A stretch of 51,864 bases of DNA, filler included, from Bipalium vagum (GCA_037834085.1; 3 parts of 3 records of this genome joined end to end with filler, not necessarily neighbours in it); one strand, 5' to 3'; positions 39,326-51,788 are shown, numbered from the whole stretch's first letter. Notes: generated by a model from the letters alone, not told the origin. Numbers and translations are program-made.

Positions 39326-40309
39326 TTTTATGTTTGGAATATAATTTACGTTATTTAAATTATAACTAATAAACTGCAAAATCAAGGTTGTAGACCTAAT
39401 ATTAAAGAAATCATTGAATAAAATTACTGATGTGACATAAAAAATCTGTTTCTGACATTTTGGATTCCACACCATTGATAAAAACCTATAAAATACCTAT
39501 GACAAGATATTTTACAGCGAATATTTAAGAATGGAATAAGGAATTTTTTATTTCACAAAGTACATGTATTTCGACCCGGATACGGACCTAATCACCTGTG
39601 AGTGGCCATCAGAAAATAAAATATTAATAACATGTTGAAACAAAGAACAAGATTATAGCAATAACGAAATCTGGCAACAACAGGAAGAAAATCCGTCTTC
39701 CTGTTCAGATGCTTTTGCTGCTTTGCAAACGTTATAAAGATTTCTGGTAAACCGAGATCATTGTTTATGTTCTTTTCAAAATATTTATACACTTTAAGAA
39801 TTCTTAACCCAGTTTTCTGTTACATAAAAAATGTTAACAAAATTAACTGGGTATTCTGATGTGCAATAAGCTTTAAAACATGTGTTTTAACCAACCTCAA
39901 CTGTTCGAAATCTATTAAGACACCTAACTATTAATAAAAATACAATTTGGTTATGTTTTATAAGTAAAATAATAAATTCCCTGATAAATTATATTTTAAA
40001 AACTGTTTATTTTATTGTCGTAATTTACACTATTTTAACATTGGCTACAATAATATTAACCGTTCTGTATAAAAATCAAAAATTGAGTAAAAATAATAAT
40101 GAGATATAAAATTTAAAAAAACAGAAAAATAACTTTGTTACATAAATTTTCCGGATCATATTAAATATAAGACAATTCTTTGTCACATATTTAAATTGTC
40201 AGGTATCTTAATTAATTTTTATAATTATTAAAAGAGTACATGTGGTTTTTAGAGATAAAATCTCAAGAAAATGTTATTTCTTTAACAATTTTAAATCCAG
40301 TTCTAAGTA

Positions 40310-41260
40310 CTGAAATGACAGATGAACTAACAAGTTTTTAAGAAGCAAAGGATTATTTCATAGCACTAAGCATTTTGAAAAATGTCAGAATCAAATGGAG
40401 TTAATGAAAACTGAATGGAAGTGTTGAAGAAACTATGAAAGAACTGTAATAATTCTGTCAGTATCCAATAAGGTCTTTTTTCTGTGGAATGCGATGGAAC
40501 TTGAGATCTAATTATTTTCGCAATTTTCTTGAAAGCTATTGGAAGTTCAAAAAACAGTTTGTAATGAAATTGGACTTTCAAGGCCAACTTTAGTTAAAAT
40601 ATATGCATTTCTTAGAAATATATGTGCTAATTATTTTTGTTAATAATCATATAAAGCTAAGTGGGAATGGTATCCCATGTCAGGCTGATGAGTCTATATT
40701 TGAATAAAAACCTAAATACCGCAGAGTATGAAAAAGTTAAAATGACTATGAAATCATAAAAAAGTCCAAAATTAGAAATTTATTAGTAATTTTTAATATT
40801 TTTAACACCATCATTTACAGCTATCAGAGTCTTAATACTATAGGACATGCTATTAATACAAGATTTAAGGGTTTCTTTTAATTTCTCTGATTAATTTCAA
40901 ACTTGATTCAACTTTGATATAAGATCTTCATTATTTGTTGTCAGGTAATTTACTAATTACTGTTTAGTCATCTCTCATAAGTTTTCAATGGTATCTGGAG
41001 AATTTCCTGGCCATTGCAAAATTTGAACATTTTTTGTCATATTGGGCTTTATGGCATTATTTCTGTATTTATTTCTGCTTATCCAAAAATAAAGGAAAAG
41101 ATATATGATTTTCGTTTCTTTCATGATTCGGAAAATTTTGTCAATCCAAAGACTGGAACATATATAGAGAATATATATTCTTATTGTTCAATATGGAAGA
41201 TTAATATAGAAAAATGAAAGTCTCAAGAAAGACCATTTTGAGAGTTATATATATGAATAC
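40310..41260 (+). mobile_element. Second Merlin (ISXO2-like) transposase remnant
   Basis: KLSGNGIPCQADESIFE*KPKYRR (cf. GG.G..VQIDES.F..K.KY.RG), ISAYPKI and SENFVNPKTGTYIENIYSYC. Confidence 0.78.
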
Positions 41261-44061
41261 ATATGAATAATATTTATAATAAATAATTTGGTGTTTTAAA
41301 AAAATATGTATCAATTATAGAAATCTAAAAATAGTAACAATGTGTTCCTAATTTTTTACTATAACAATAAAATTATATAAATAAGGTTTCCAAAACATAA
41401 TAATAATTTATGTCATCAATGGAGTCTGGATTGATTGTCTTGAGGATTTCAAATCATGTTTTAAGGGTCTTAGTATACTTTACGGTGGATTCTAACAGAG
41501 CTCAGAAAAGCGTTGTGCGTTAATTAAAAATTACCTAAATCTGAGAGGTTAATATTAAATTATAAAATTTTAATTATTCTTAAAATATAACTTTTGATTC
41601 TGAATGCTGAGGTATAACTGATATATATATAAAGACAAAACTCTTAATATACAATTCTTAATATTTTCACGTGTATTTCAAATATCCATTGGTTTATTAT
41701 ATTTATGATCTACGAAAGATGTTATTATTACACACAGGATAAGTTCGATTTTAGAAATAATAATTACATAGTTTTAATGAACATAATTTAGTTTATATAT
41801 TATTAATATAATTTTGATAGTTTACTTTAAAATAATCGGATATTATATTAATAATATTATTTATTTTATTTATATATGGATTCATAATTTTATTATCAAG
41901 GTCTAAGTTTTAAATGCCAAGTTCTCGTCAATGTAAATAGACTAAGTATTTTTCCGGGTCAGTAGACTGCAGAGTTAAACTCAAAATGACATAAGCCTAC
42001 GTCCACGCATTAAATGTTAACATAACTCTCTTAAAGTTTTGATTAAGGGAATATCTGAAATATAATTTAAACACAATAAATAATGTTAAATTTTTTAGTG
42101 GGCACGTTTTGCTGATTTAAATTATTTTTGTAAGCGTTTATTTGTTTTATTGTGTAAACAGTTTTATAAAGATCGATAAATGATAAGTTGATAGAATCAG
42201 TTATCAGTCAGACCAGACTTCCCTTGTGGGTTTTATTTGCAAATATAAACGATTATATCATATTTAATGAATAAAATCTTAATTAACTAACGCAATCCTT
42301 AATTTGGTTCTAAAAAAATGGATTGGATTTTCTAAGCAAACAATTTCGATATATTGACTAGTATAAGTATTTTTCGAGTAAACGCTTTTTATCAACTGAC
42401 AACAAATTTTGTTTAAAAATGTTTTATTGTGAAACATGTTTCCAACATTTAACATAATAAAAGGTAAATGTAATTTATTTCCTATTTTGATAATGTGAGC
42501 TTTTCCTTGTGTAAATTAACGAAAATTTTTAATTTTTTTGATTAACAATTTTAAGTAGAAAATAATAAAACATTACATTGATTTATAAATCATAATGACT
42601 GTTTATATACCAGAAGACCATTAGATGAGAGTGAAGGTGTGACTGTGTGTTGCTTGAAGATGTTAATATTTTTAAAAATGAATTTAAAATAGGCGTAATG
42701 TGAAGATTAAAAAGAATTTAAACCAACTTATTATATATTTTTAATGATAATAAAATTAAGTGTCAAACAAAATGTTAATAAATATAAATAAATGATTTAT
42801 GATGGAACCACTATAATTCACAAATTGTAATAAAAGTTATGATTCTTTTTTATCTATATTGTGTAAGGAAGCGAGTCAACTAAAATGTGTTTTATAATTA
42901 ATTAATTTTATTTTTCAGAATCATTACAAAATGTTCATTAATATTCCCCAATCACTTAGTGCATTAATGAAATTGATTAAGACCATATAAAATTGACAAA
43001 TCTATATTTCTGGTATCAAACTAGGAAAAGGGAGAAAATAGTTTGGTATTTAATTTGACTAAATATGATAATAAATAAGAATTCGGTAGTTTTATTACGT
43101 CTTTTATATTTTAAAATAGTTATTATGCATGAGAATAGAGGGGGAATATTAGTTTTTTTAGGAAATGGTGTAGACAAAATAATTACCAAAAGGTAATCAT
43201 TTTCAATATATAAATTCTAAAAGCACCAAGAATTTTTCAAAATATTTTTTGCTAATAAATTGGCAGAAAATTCGAATTAGTCTTCATTCGATATTTATTA
43301 AATCAAAATGTAATATACAAAATTTTTATTGTTTTAAAAAAGATTGCAGAACAAGGAACAAAGTCAAATCTATAGCAGTATATTTTAATTTATTAACGTT
43401 TCAAAGTAGAGAACTTCAATGAAAATCAATTCTTATTGATATAATAAGATAAATTGGATTGAGTGTCTTTATTATTTTCGATACTTATATTTTAAATTTT
43501 TTCGGAAAATAGAATACACTAAATATACTTTTACATATGGTTAATCGTAAAGTTGAGTGATTTTCAACACATTTTAAAATTCAAATGTTAAAACATGGAA
43601 AATATTATATTGGCATAAAATCAAATATTTATATATCACATAAAATAATTTTAAAAAATAATAAATATATCACATCTGATCAAAAAAATTTAAAATATTC
43701 AGGTTTAAAATAAGACTCAATTAAAACATTAGAACTTTTAACCTTGAAATTTCAATGATAATAAGATTTGTTAATTTCATCTTGTCACAAATGTAAATGT
43801 AAAAGATAAAGTTTTTTTATCAACATCGATTTTAAAATGGAATTATTATTCAAATAGATTGTTAGCATTCAATAATATCGAGCAAAATTTGTTTTAATCA
43901 TTGTCAAATCTTGCGCTGGTGGCATTTTCAAAATTTTTAATTAATTTTAACATTTAATAATGCTCATTTTAACATCGTTTATTCTGTTTCCCCATAATTT
44001 AAACTTGGACTCACTTATTGAAACTTATTTATACAATTAAAAACCAATTAGCAATTTTAGA

Positions 44062-44170
44062 ATGACAACGTACGAAATCGGTGATATGTTTTGGGGCAAA
44101 TCTCAGTCTTATCCATGGTGGCCATGTCTGATCATGACAAATAACAATAACGAGATCAAACGAACGAGAA
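44062..44170 (+). CDS. NSD: NSD exon 1 (PWWP1 N-part)
   Basis: MTTYEIGDMFWGKSQSYPWWPCLI...KRTR. Donor GTAAGA at 44171. Confidence 0.82.
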
Positions 44171-47100
44171 GTAAGAATGAATTTCATCCAACTTTCATGT
44201 TTTTGTTCACTGAAAACGAAATCCAAATGATTACCGCGTTTTTAACAGAAAAAATCGGCACCCAGTACCATGTTCAATTCATTGGACCCTATTACGACGC
44301 CTGTTGGATCACGAACAATTTTCTCATCCCATATGACGGAATCGACAAATTCGAGTCCTACGTGGAACAACAGTTGAACAGTTCGTTACCAGCACAGGTT
44401 TGAATTCTCGTGGTTGAATTTTTTCTCATTTTTATATATCTCTCTAATTTAAGCACAAGCTGATCTTTGAAATGAAAATGAGCGGTCACATTCAATCAAT
44501 GTGGATCCAGGCGTGTCACGATGCCGAGAGAATCATCCAGCTCCCAAACCTAAATCGGATTCAGCATTTGCCAAAGCTGGAGACGATGGAACTGAATGTC
44601 AAGAAACCGAAGATCAAGAAGCGCGTCCCCAAACCACCGTCTAAACATTCCGACAGCGACAGCGTTTCAGATTCACAAATGGCTGACAACAGATCTCTCG
44701 GTGAGTTTTGATCGATTAATGTTTCGTTGCACAGAAAGAAGGTGAAGTCGTCATATTTTACAATTTTCAAAAATGTTGAGTGGTCGGTTTTTCTTTCTGA
44801 TAAGACTCCATTGAAAGTTCTTATCACATTTTTCTCCAAAAGCACATTTTATTGATCATTTAAAATTTTAAAAAGTCTATTGAATAAATGGAATTCTTTA
44901 AATCAATATTTTCTTATGATCTTCATATGGGTGGTCTATTGAACTAATTTATTGATCGAATCTACTTTGAAGGAATTTTATTAATTTTTCATTGATAAAA
45001 CGATCCAAAAAGTTGAACTGTTTTATTCCGCTTCTGTAGTTATAACCCCCGTTCTAATGATACATCCCTGGAACATCTGTCGGGTGCTTTTGTGCTCGAC
45101 CAACCAATGAAAATGTTCACTGCAATCGATTTATAATTTTTAGAGAATTTATCTAGTCTTTCGCCCTTGATCTCTCCAACCCATCTGATTTTTTAATTGA
45201 TTTATTCTTCTATCTCAAATATTTTTAAATCTTAAATTGATAACGGTCAAAAACATTTCCAGACGTTGATGATTCGTCTGTAAAAGAAGTCAAAATGAGC
45301 TCTGATATCGAAGAGATTTGTTATCGCGTGTATCTCGCCGAGGAAATGGAAAACCGTTTAAAAAATGCCCAAGACCCAATTGATCAGGCCGAACTGGAAC
45401 AGCTTCTCAAACAGCAATGGAGCGTGCTGGATATTGAGGCCCGGCTTCTGTATTCCGATGGCGACAAATTGAACATTTCCAAATCTCGAGTGTCGGGTCG
45501 GAAAATCAAAGTTCCGTCACGATTGAGACGCACAAACGAACTGGAGGACATCAAAAAGGCCACTTTAAAGAAGCGCAATTCTGACATGGTCATGGAACGG
45601 AAGCGATGCTCAGCGGATTCATTATCAAATTGTCCCAGTGCTACGGGTACGTGCGATGATGTGCCAGTTGAAGCTGGTCTGAACCCACCGGTCCTTCCGT
45701 CCATTGAGCTGAGTCCAGTGTGTCGAGAAACCATGGAATCATCCTTGCTTAAATCTCTTAAAGTCCAGGTATTTGTGTGTTTATTTAAATTTTGTAAGCT
45801 TGGATTAGTTTTCGCTTTGTTATGAAGTTTCCATAGAGTAATTTGTAATAATAATTTAATTATTTTGTAATTATTGATTTATCATAAAATGTAATAATAA
45901 ATCAGTAATAATATCTAATAATAAAAAATGAATATCTAATAATAAAAAAATGAATATCTAATAATAAATCTAAAAATTATTTAATTAAATGGAAAAGGGA
46001 TATCGAAAGAATAATATTGTTGAATATTGAACGACTTTTTCTATAATTTCTTATGGATTAATTAGTATTCATTTTTTTGTCCTCAAGGTTTTTTGATTAT
46101 TTAAAATTTAAATTGATTAACAAAGAAAAGAGATTTTTCCCAATCGACATTTTCTTATGATCTTCATGTTTAATCTTTTGAAATAATTTATTGATCTATA
46201 TTTTAATTTCTTTTTATTGAGTTCATCGTATTAGAGTCAATTGATGTCTTGTTTTTTCTTCTCATCAATTATCATAATCAATTGACCTTGAACCTCAATA
46301 AAAATGAACGTGTCCTGAATATTGGACTATGAGATCTTTAGTTCATATTGGAAACATTATCGATCACGCCCGAATTATGGAAAGGGAACCAACAAAGTTC
46401 TCGGAGTTTTTTTCTCTTTAATTTCTCAGAAAATAAAATTCATTGATTGTGGGAAAATTGATTTCCGACAATAAGATTTTCTAATCAATTTTTTAAAAAT
46501 TTTTGATTTAATAATCAATCAATGAATTTCATTGTATCAGGATTCATCGATGGAAATTGCCAAGTTCGTTGTCAGGAACGAATTGCCAGTCGTTGTCGAT
46601 ATTTGTCATCAGTGTCTCAAACCTTACAAGCCTATGGAAAAGTCGAAGACCTGCAAGGGTGACTGTCAGGCTTCGTTTCACTTCATGTGTGCATTGCAAC
46701 ACAGTGAGCAAATTTGTCTTGATTTCGCTTGCGATTGATTTTAATATTGGATATAATTTTTTGTTTTGCAGAGCTGTTTCGTTCCGACGAAAATTCCAAA
46801 TGTATCAATTGCGTTCCTAAAGAATTCTTCTGCTGCATTTGTAAGAATTCCAAATACATGAAGAAGCAGTCTCTGATGAAGTGCAAAGTAAAATGATTTT
46901 TTAATTTCTATTGACATTAACGGTTTTGGCCACTATGTTGCACCTGCTTTTTGCTTCAATTTTGATTTTTACTTGTTTTTTAATTACGATTTCAGAAACC
47001 AAATTGTCCGCTCTTCTTCCACTCAACCTGTTTGAGATTTATCAATTTTATTGATTTATCGATGAATGACAACAAAGCTACCGACAATGGTCTCTGTCCC

Positions 47101-50100
47101 AGCCACAGCTGTCTGACTTGCAATCGCGAGGACAGCAGACATTCCTGTAACAGCCTCGGTTCTCTGGTTACCTGTACGAGGTCAGTTGATTTTTAAGTCT
47201 TACTTTTCAATATCAATCCTGTTTCGTTTATTGGTTATAAATCTCTTCCTTTGACTGACAATGTGTTTCTGTTCTCGCTCAGATGTCCGATCGCCTATCA
47301 CAGCAGCCTGCTTTGCATTCCAGCCGGGAGTCGGATCATTAGCAGTACAAAGATCATTTGCCATCGACATTTCGATCACGAAGTTCCTACAAGAAATCGA
47401 TTGACTCGCTGCTTTGTTTGTTTCCTTGACAATGCTACGGTATTATCTTTATCTTCTTTCAATCTGAATCTACATCTATAATCAACTCTTTCAATATCGA
47501 TTATTCTGATCGATCTGTCGTTCATTTGTTCATTCAGCTGTGCTGTTGTCGATGTCGAGCTGTTTTCCATCCGAAATGTATCAATATGCCAACATATACC
47601 GATTTGTTGAAAGATTACGTTTGTCCCACTTGCAAGTAAAGTCACTTTTGTTCCGTTGACATGGAAACTAGATCGTTTGAATTAGAAAATAAAAATCTTA
47701 TTTTAGACTGGAAAATCCAATATTTTATGGTCAGATCATGTGGATTGATATCGATAATAAATGGGTCCCGGTTGAAATCATTGCGCCTTACAGAGACATT
47801 CAAAGCTTCCTGCAGCCTTTGGAAAATAAGGTCATCGTTTGTACAATCTCATTCGAATCGACTCAACAACGACGCCGACTTTACCACAACGCTGATCCAT
47901 CTGAACTAGTACCGTTTGCAATTGGAGAATCGGCGCTCAAAGATTTTATCGATTTCGATAAGCAAGGTTGGTATTTTTCGAATATTATTATTACTTATTA
48001 TATGTTTATCAATATTATTAATCCTGCTTTGATTCTTTTCTAAGTGATGGAACAGTTACGGAACATGAACACGATATATTTTAATTGGCGCAAATGGATG
48101 CGACCTTTTCAGTCAGAAAAGCTTTCCATAATCAATCCTTCGGAATTGATTAGATCAGCTGCTTTGGTTAACGGTGTTATTGGCAATATTTCATACGAAA
48201 AAATCAATGAAAATCAAATGGACACGGGTCTAAAGGTAATGATATCCACTTTCTGCCATTTTCATTTAGTTTGACTATTTGGAACTATATACCAAATTAT
48301 TATTAACAATTTACGTATTATAATTCATTTCTTGTTACTGTGGTAACTTCAAAACTTTTAATGACACTGAAAAATTTGATTTTAAGATCTTCTGTGTCAA
48401 CATTAATTTACTTGTGTCATTAGTTGATCATACCATCTTTACTCCTATTCATTTCATATGCAATATTCATTGGTCATTTCTATTTTATTATTGTTTCTGG
48501 TTTTATTCTCAATATTTCATTTTTATTGATTTATTATTATATTTATTATCGATGAATACTCTTAAAATTATTTTTGAGTAGGGATTTTCATGACCTTCTT
48601 TATTTTTACCAGAGCTTGATTCCCAAAACTTCAGTATTGATTTGTTCTTGCTCAGATAATGGTGATCATTTGTGTGACAACCATGTTTGCTACAATTATG
48701 TTAATAAAATTGAGTGCAGTAGTGAAAATTGTAAAAATAGCCAATATTGTACCAATCGCAGGTTCACCAAAGGATTTTCCATTCAGCCAACCGTTACCGA
48801 TGTGCAGGTCATTAGTGGAAAAGGAGTCAGATTCACCGATTCATTAAACAAGGTCGGTTTTTGTGAGAAATTTTTGGGTAAAGGAGGATACAAAAATCAA
48901 TATAATTATTGTATCGATTATTATTATTATTATTGATTATTACTAATAATATTATAATAATTATTGTATTATTGATAAACTAATATTTTCCTGATTATTG
49001 ATAAAAATGCCTTTAAAGATATATAAATAATGATTTAGTTGATTTCAGGGAAGTCTAGTCGGTGAGTTAGTGGGACGTGCTATTTCCGTTGATAACGTCA
49101 TCGATTTGATGAACAACCACGCAGCATCGAATTCAAATCGATACATATTCCATCTGGTGGGAAATATTTTCCTTAATTGTGAAAAGTTCGGCAACGAATG
49201 GCGTCACCTAAACCACTCTTGCAATCCAAACGCAGAATTGGTTTGTTGGAACGTTTCCGGTGAACCGCGATTGGGGGTTTCGCTTCTACGAACAATTTCA
49301 GATGAAGAGATCACGATCAATTATCAAAAGAATGGCTTTGTTGTCAAGTATGAGTTCCAGTGCAAATGTCAATCGAAAACGTGCTGCAAGAAAGTAGGAC
49401 CGACATCGATTTTTTCCACCCAATCAAATTTCATTGTTCCTCGGTGCTGCATCGACAACAATATCATCGAAGAATCAACGATAAATGGGAACAGTCAGAG
49501 TGTTATTTCTTGCAGGCCGCCGAGTCCCAGTCCGACAAAAGTCGTAATTCCGCACACTCCAACGAAAAATCAATTGACAACTCAGCAACATCAACAGCAA
49601 TCGAAAACCACTACTCAAATCTTCAAATCCGAAAGAAAAATCCCTTCGGAAACAATGACCAACCAAAATCAAAAAACCGTTTGTCATCGCTGCAACACTC
49701 ACGGAGAACTGATCTGTTGCAATAAAGCTCAGTGCACAAAACGGTACCATCTGCAATGCGTGGAAATCGCAGCTTCGCCAAAGGGGATCTGGTTCTGCCC
49801 CAAACATTACTGCGTGCAGTGCGGTCACGCGGCCGTTTCTTTCTGTTCTAATTGTTGCACGTCTTTTTGTAAGACACACTTAGAATTTCAAAATGCGCAC
49901 AAATGCTCCGACGTTCACATTATCCAAGACGACGAAAGCGACAAAAAAACATCACTCTGTCGCTCCCACCTTCCTTACTCTGGACTGGGTTCTGTTCCTC
50001 CTTCATTGATTGCTGTTGAAATCGGAAATTCAGACAACGAAAATCATCAGCACTTTACAGATAATGATAAACCGAAGAATCATGAAAAGAAATCGATCGG

Positions 50101-50701
50101 AACCGTCGATTTTATATCCATTTCAAACGTTGAGCTCAAATCGGAACCAAACAGTCGTCGAGTGACCAAATCCATAATGAAGCAGTCTCACTCAGGTGGA
50201 GGCATTGTTTCCACCAAAAGTGTGTCGGCGAGACGGTCGGATTTGAAAACCGTTGCTGCCGCTACCATCATTCTCAAAGCCGAACCGATTCCCGTTTCAT
50301 CGATCAATAAAAAAGATTTGTACAGTTCTTGTGATTTAATCCCTAAAGTATTGGTGGCGGCGAACGTAGCCAGTAATAACGATAACATCAACAGCACCAA
50401 TACTGTCAGTCCTGTAGACATCGTTGCTGTCCATAATCGCTGTAATCCCGACCAGGTCAATTTGAAAATCTTGAAGCGACATTCGGACTTGGTCGTCAGC
50501 ACGATTGAAAACTCAAAACGGGCACGGTTGACAAGACACGTTACCTGCAACATTTCAAACTATTTGTCTACGGACGAAGAATTTGACGCGAATCCCGAAC
50601 CCGTTGAGAAAGAGTTGTTTGATATTCGCAGCCAGGTGATTCCGATGGGTATTGAGGATATGGAAAATCTCATAATCAGTCCGATAATTCTCGATGATTG
50701 A
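44062..50701 (+). CDS. NSD: NSD/Mes-4 family histone H3K36 lysine methyltransferase (13 exons, 4074 nt, 1357 aa)
   Basis: Domain order is PWWP (FWGK..SYPWWP, YHVQF), four PHD-type fingers (e.g. RCPIAYHSSLLCIPAGS), degenerate PWWP2, AWS, SET (NHSCNPN, EITINY), post-SET CxCxxxxC, then PHD5-C5HCH, which is diagnostic of NSD1/2/3/Mes-4. All 12 introns are GT-AG and phase-consistent. Confidence 0.92.
44249..44397 (+). CDS. NSD: NSD exon 2 (PWWP1 C-part)
   Basis: Acceptor tttttaacag. YHVQFIGPYYDACWI. Donor GTTTGA at 44398. Confidence 0.82.
44454..44700 (+). CDS. NSD: NSD exon 3
   Basis: Acceptor taatttaag, in frame with ORF 44472. Donor GTGAGT at 44701. Confidence 0.8.
45263..45768 (+). CDS. NSD: NSD exon 4
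   Basis: Acceptor atttccag, in frame with ORF 45295. Donor GTATTT at 45769. Confidence 0.8.
45908..45970. repeat. Short minisatellite (AATATCTAATAATAAAAAATG) x~3 in NSD intron 4
   Basis: Directly visible. Confidence 0.75.
46541..46703 (+). CDS. NSD: NSD exon 5 (PHD1)
   Basis: ICHQC...CKGDCQASFHFMC. Donor GTGAGC at 46704. Confidence 0.85.
46772..46887 (+). CDS. NSD: NSD exon 6
   Basis: Acceptor ttttgcag. KCINC...FCCICK...LMKCK. Donor GTAAAA at 46888. Confidence 0.82.
46996..47180 (+). CDS. NSD: NSD exon 7
   Basis: KPNCPLFFHSTC...CPSHSCLTC...LVTCTR. Donor GTCAGT at 47181. Confidence 0.85.
47283..47439 (+). CDS. NSD: NSD exon 8
   Basis: CPIAYHSSLLCIPAGS...IICHRHF...CFVC. Donor GTATTA at 47440. 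Confidence 0.85.
47538..47635 (+). CDS. NSD: NSD exon 9
   Basis: LCCCRCRAVFHPKC...YVCPTCK. Donor GTAAAG at 47636. Confidence 0.83.
47707..47966 (+). CDS. NSD: NSD exon 10 (degenerate PWWP2)
   Basis: Acceptor tttttag. YGQIMWIDIDNKWVPVEI. Donor GTTGGT at 47967. Confidence 0.8.
48045..48235 (+). CDS. NSD: NSD exon 11
   Basis: Acceptor ttttctaag, in frame with ORF 48044. Donor GTAATG at 48236. Confidence 0.78.
48613..48852 (+). CDS. NSD: NSD exon 12 (AWS, start of SET)
   Basis: CSC...C...CYN...IEC...C...CTNRRF and SGKGV. Donor GTCGGT at 48853. Confidence 0.85.
49049..50701 (+). CDS. NSD: NSD exon 13 (SET, post-SET, PHD5-C5HCH, low-complexity tail)
   Basis: Acceptor gatttcag, in frame with ORF 49070..50701. 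TGA at 50699-50701. Confidence 0.9.
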   Translation, partial: GSLVGELVGRAISVDNVIDLMNNHAASNSNRYIFHLVGNIFLNCEKFGNEWRHLNHSCNPNAELVCWNVSGEPRLGVSLLRTISDEEITINYQKNGFVVKYEFQCKCQSKTCCKKVGPTSIFSTQSNFIVPRCCIDNNIIEESTINGNSQSVISCRPPSPSPTKVVIPHTPTKNQLTTQQHQQQSKTTTQIFKSERKIPSETMTNQNQKTVCHRCNTHGELICCNKAQCTKRYHLQCVEIAASPKGIWFCPKHYCVQCGHAAVSFCSNCCTSFCKTHLEFQNAHKCSDVHIIQDDESDKKTSLCRSHLPYSGLGSVPPSLIAVEIGNSDNENHQHFTDNDKPKNHEKKSIGTVDFISISNVELKSEPNSRRVTKSIMKQSHSGGGIVSTKSVSARRSDLKTVAAATIILKAEPIPVSSINKKDLYSSCDLIPKVLVAANVASNNDNINSTNTVSPVDIVAVHNRCNPDQVNLKILKRHSDLVVSTIENSKRARLTRHVTCNISNYLSTDEEFDANPEPVEKELFDIRSQVIPMGIEDMENLIISPIILDD

Positions 50702-51006
50702 TTGAAGTCCGAAGAAGTAGGAGAGAGATAGAGAATGGTTATGGGGAAGAGCTCGAATTTTATTTTTGTAAATCAGGAATTTGTGTGAATGAATCCATTT
50801 TTGGCTTTTTTGGTGTTTGCTTGTTTACGTGTTTTACATGTACATATTTTATGTTAGATATCTGGAAATTCTTCTGTCCAATTATTACTTTTATTATTAT
50901 TATTGCAATTATTTTATTATGGTAATAATGAGAAAGTAATATTTTCTATAATTATAATTATTGTTATTATAATTATTATGATTTATACTAATTTGCTTAG
51001 AGTTGA

Positions 51007-51012
51007 AATAAA
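51007..51012 (+). terminator. Candidate polyadenylation signal of NSD
   Basis: AATAAA about 300 nt after the stop. The hexamer is common by chance in this AT-rich DNA. Confidence 0.3.
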
Positions 51013-51788
51013 AATATATTTTATTACTTATTATTCAATTTTAACAATAATTTTGAAAGTACGGAAATAAAAAAGTAAACAAAAATCTTAACACGCTATT
51101 ACTATAAAGAAAATTATAAAAATACTTTGAACATAAAAAGAATTTAGAGTAATTAACAGTTTTAAAATTACTTTCAACTTATTAATTTGTAATAATGAAA
51201 GAAAGAATTTATCTGTAGTAACTTAATTAGAGTTAGGCGATTTTAAATAAGTATTTTGTTTTTAATCAAGTACTAATCCGAACGCCACTGGTCTATGGTT
51301 GACTTAGGTATAAGATTTAAGATTTTTAACAAGTTAATAGGTAATCGTTATTGATGAAATTCCAATTCGAAAAAACTAATAAGGGGTTAAAGTTAACAAA
51401 CAAAACAAAAACCAATAATACCAATGAATATATCAAAAATTGAGTCAACATAATGGAAATGAGTACAATAAGAAAATAAAAATTCCAAACTGTAAATATT
51501 AATATTATTAAATCAAAAATAATTAACTCTTCAATATGATAAAATTAAGTAAACAGCTGATATTTAATAACATTTTAAAATAAAATTGTGAATTATTGAC
51601 TTACTAACAATAGTAAGTAAAATTCATAAAAGTTTCAAAAGATAAAAAGTAACTTATGTGTCGTGAAGAATATTAATATAAGTAATATTTATTAATTATG
51701 TTATCAGCCACATTAAACCAACTTTCGAATTTCTCCATGCGTTCTTAATGAGAAGTGTAATCAACAAACGTTGCGTAGCTTTACCTAT

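Noticed and set aside
49360-50553. Alternative-frame and antisense ORFs in NSD exon 13
   Set aside because: Shadow ORFs of the long exon.
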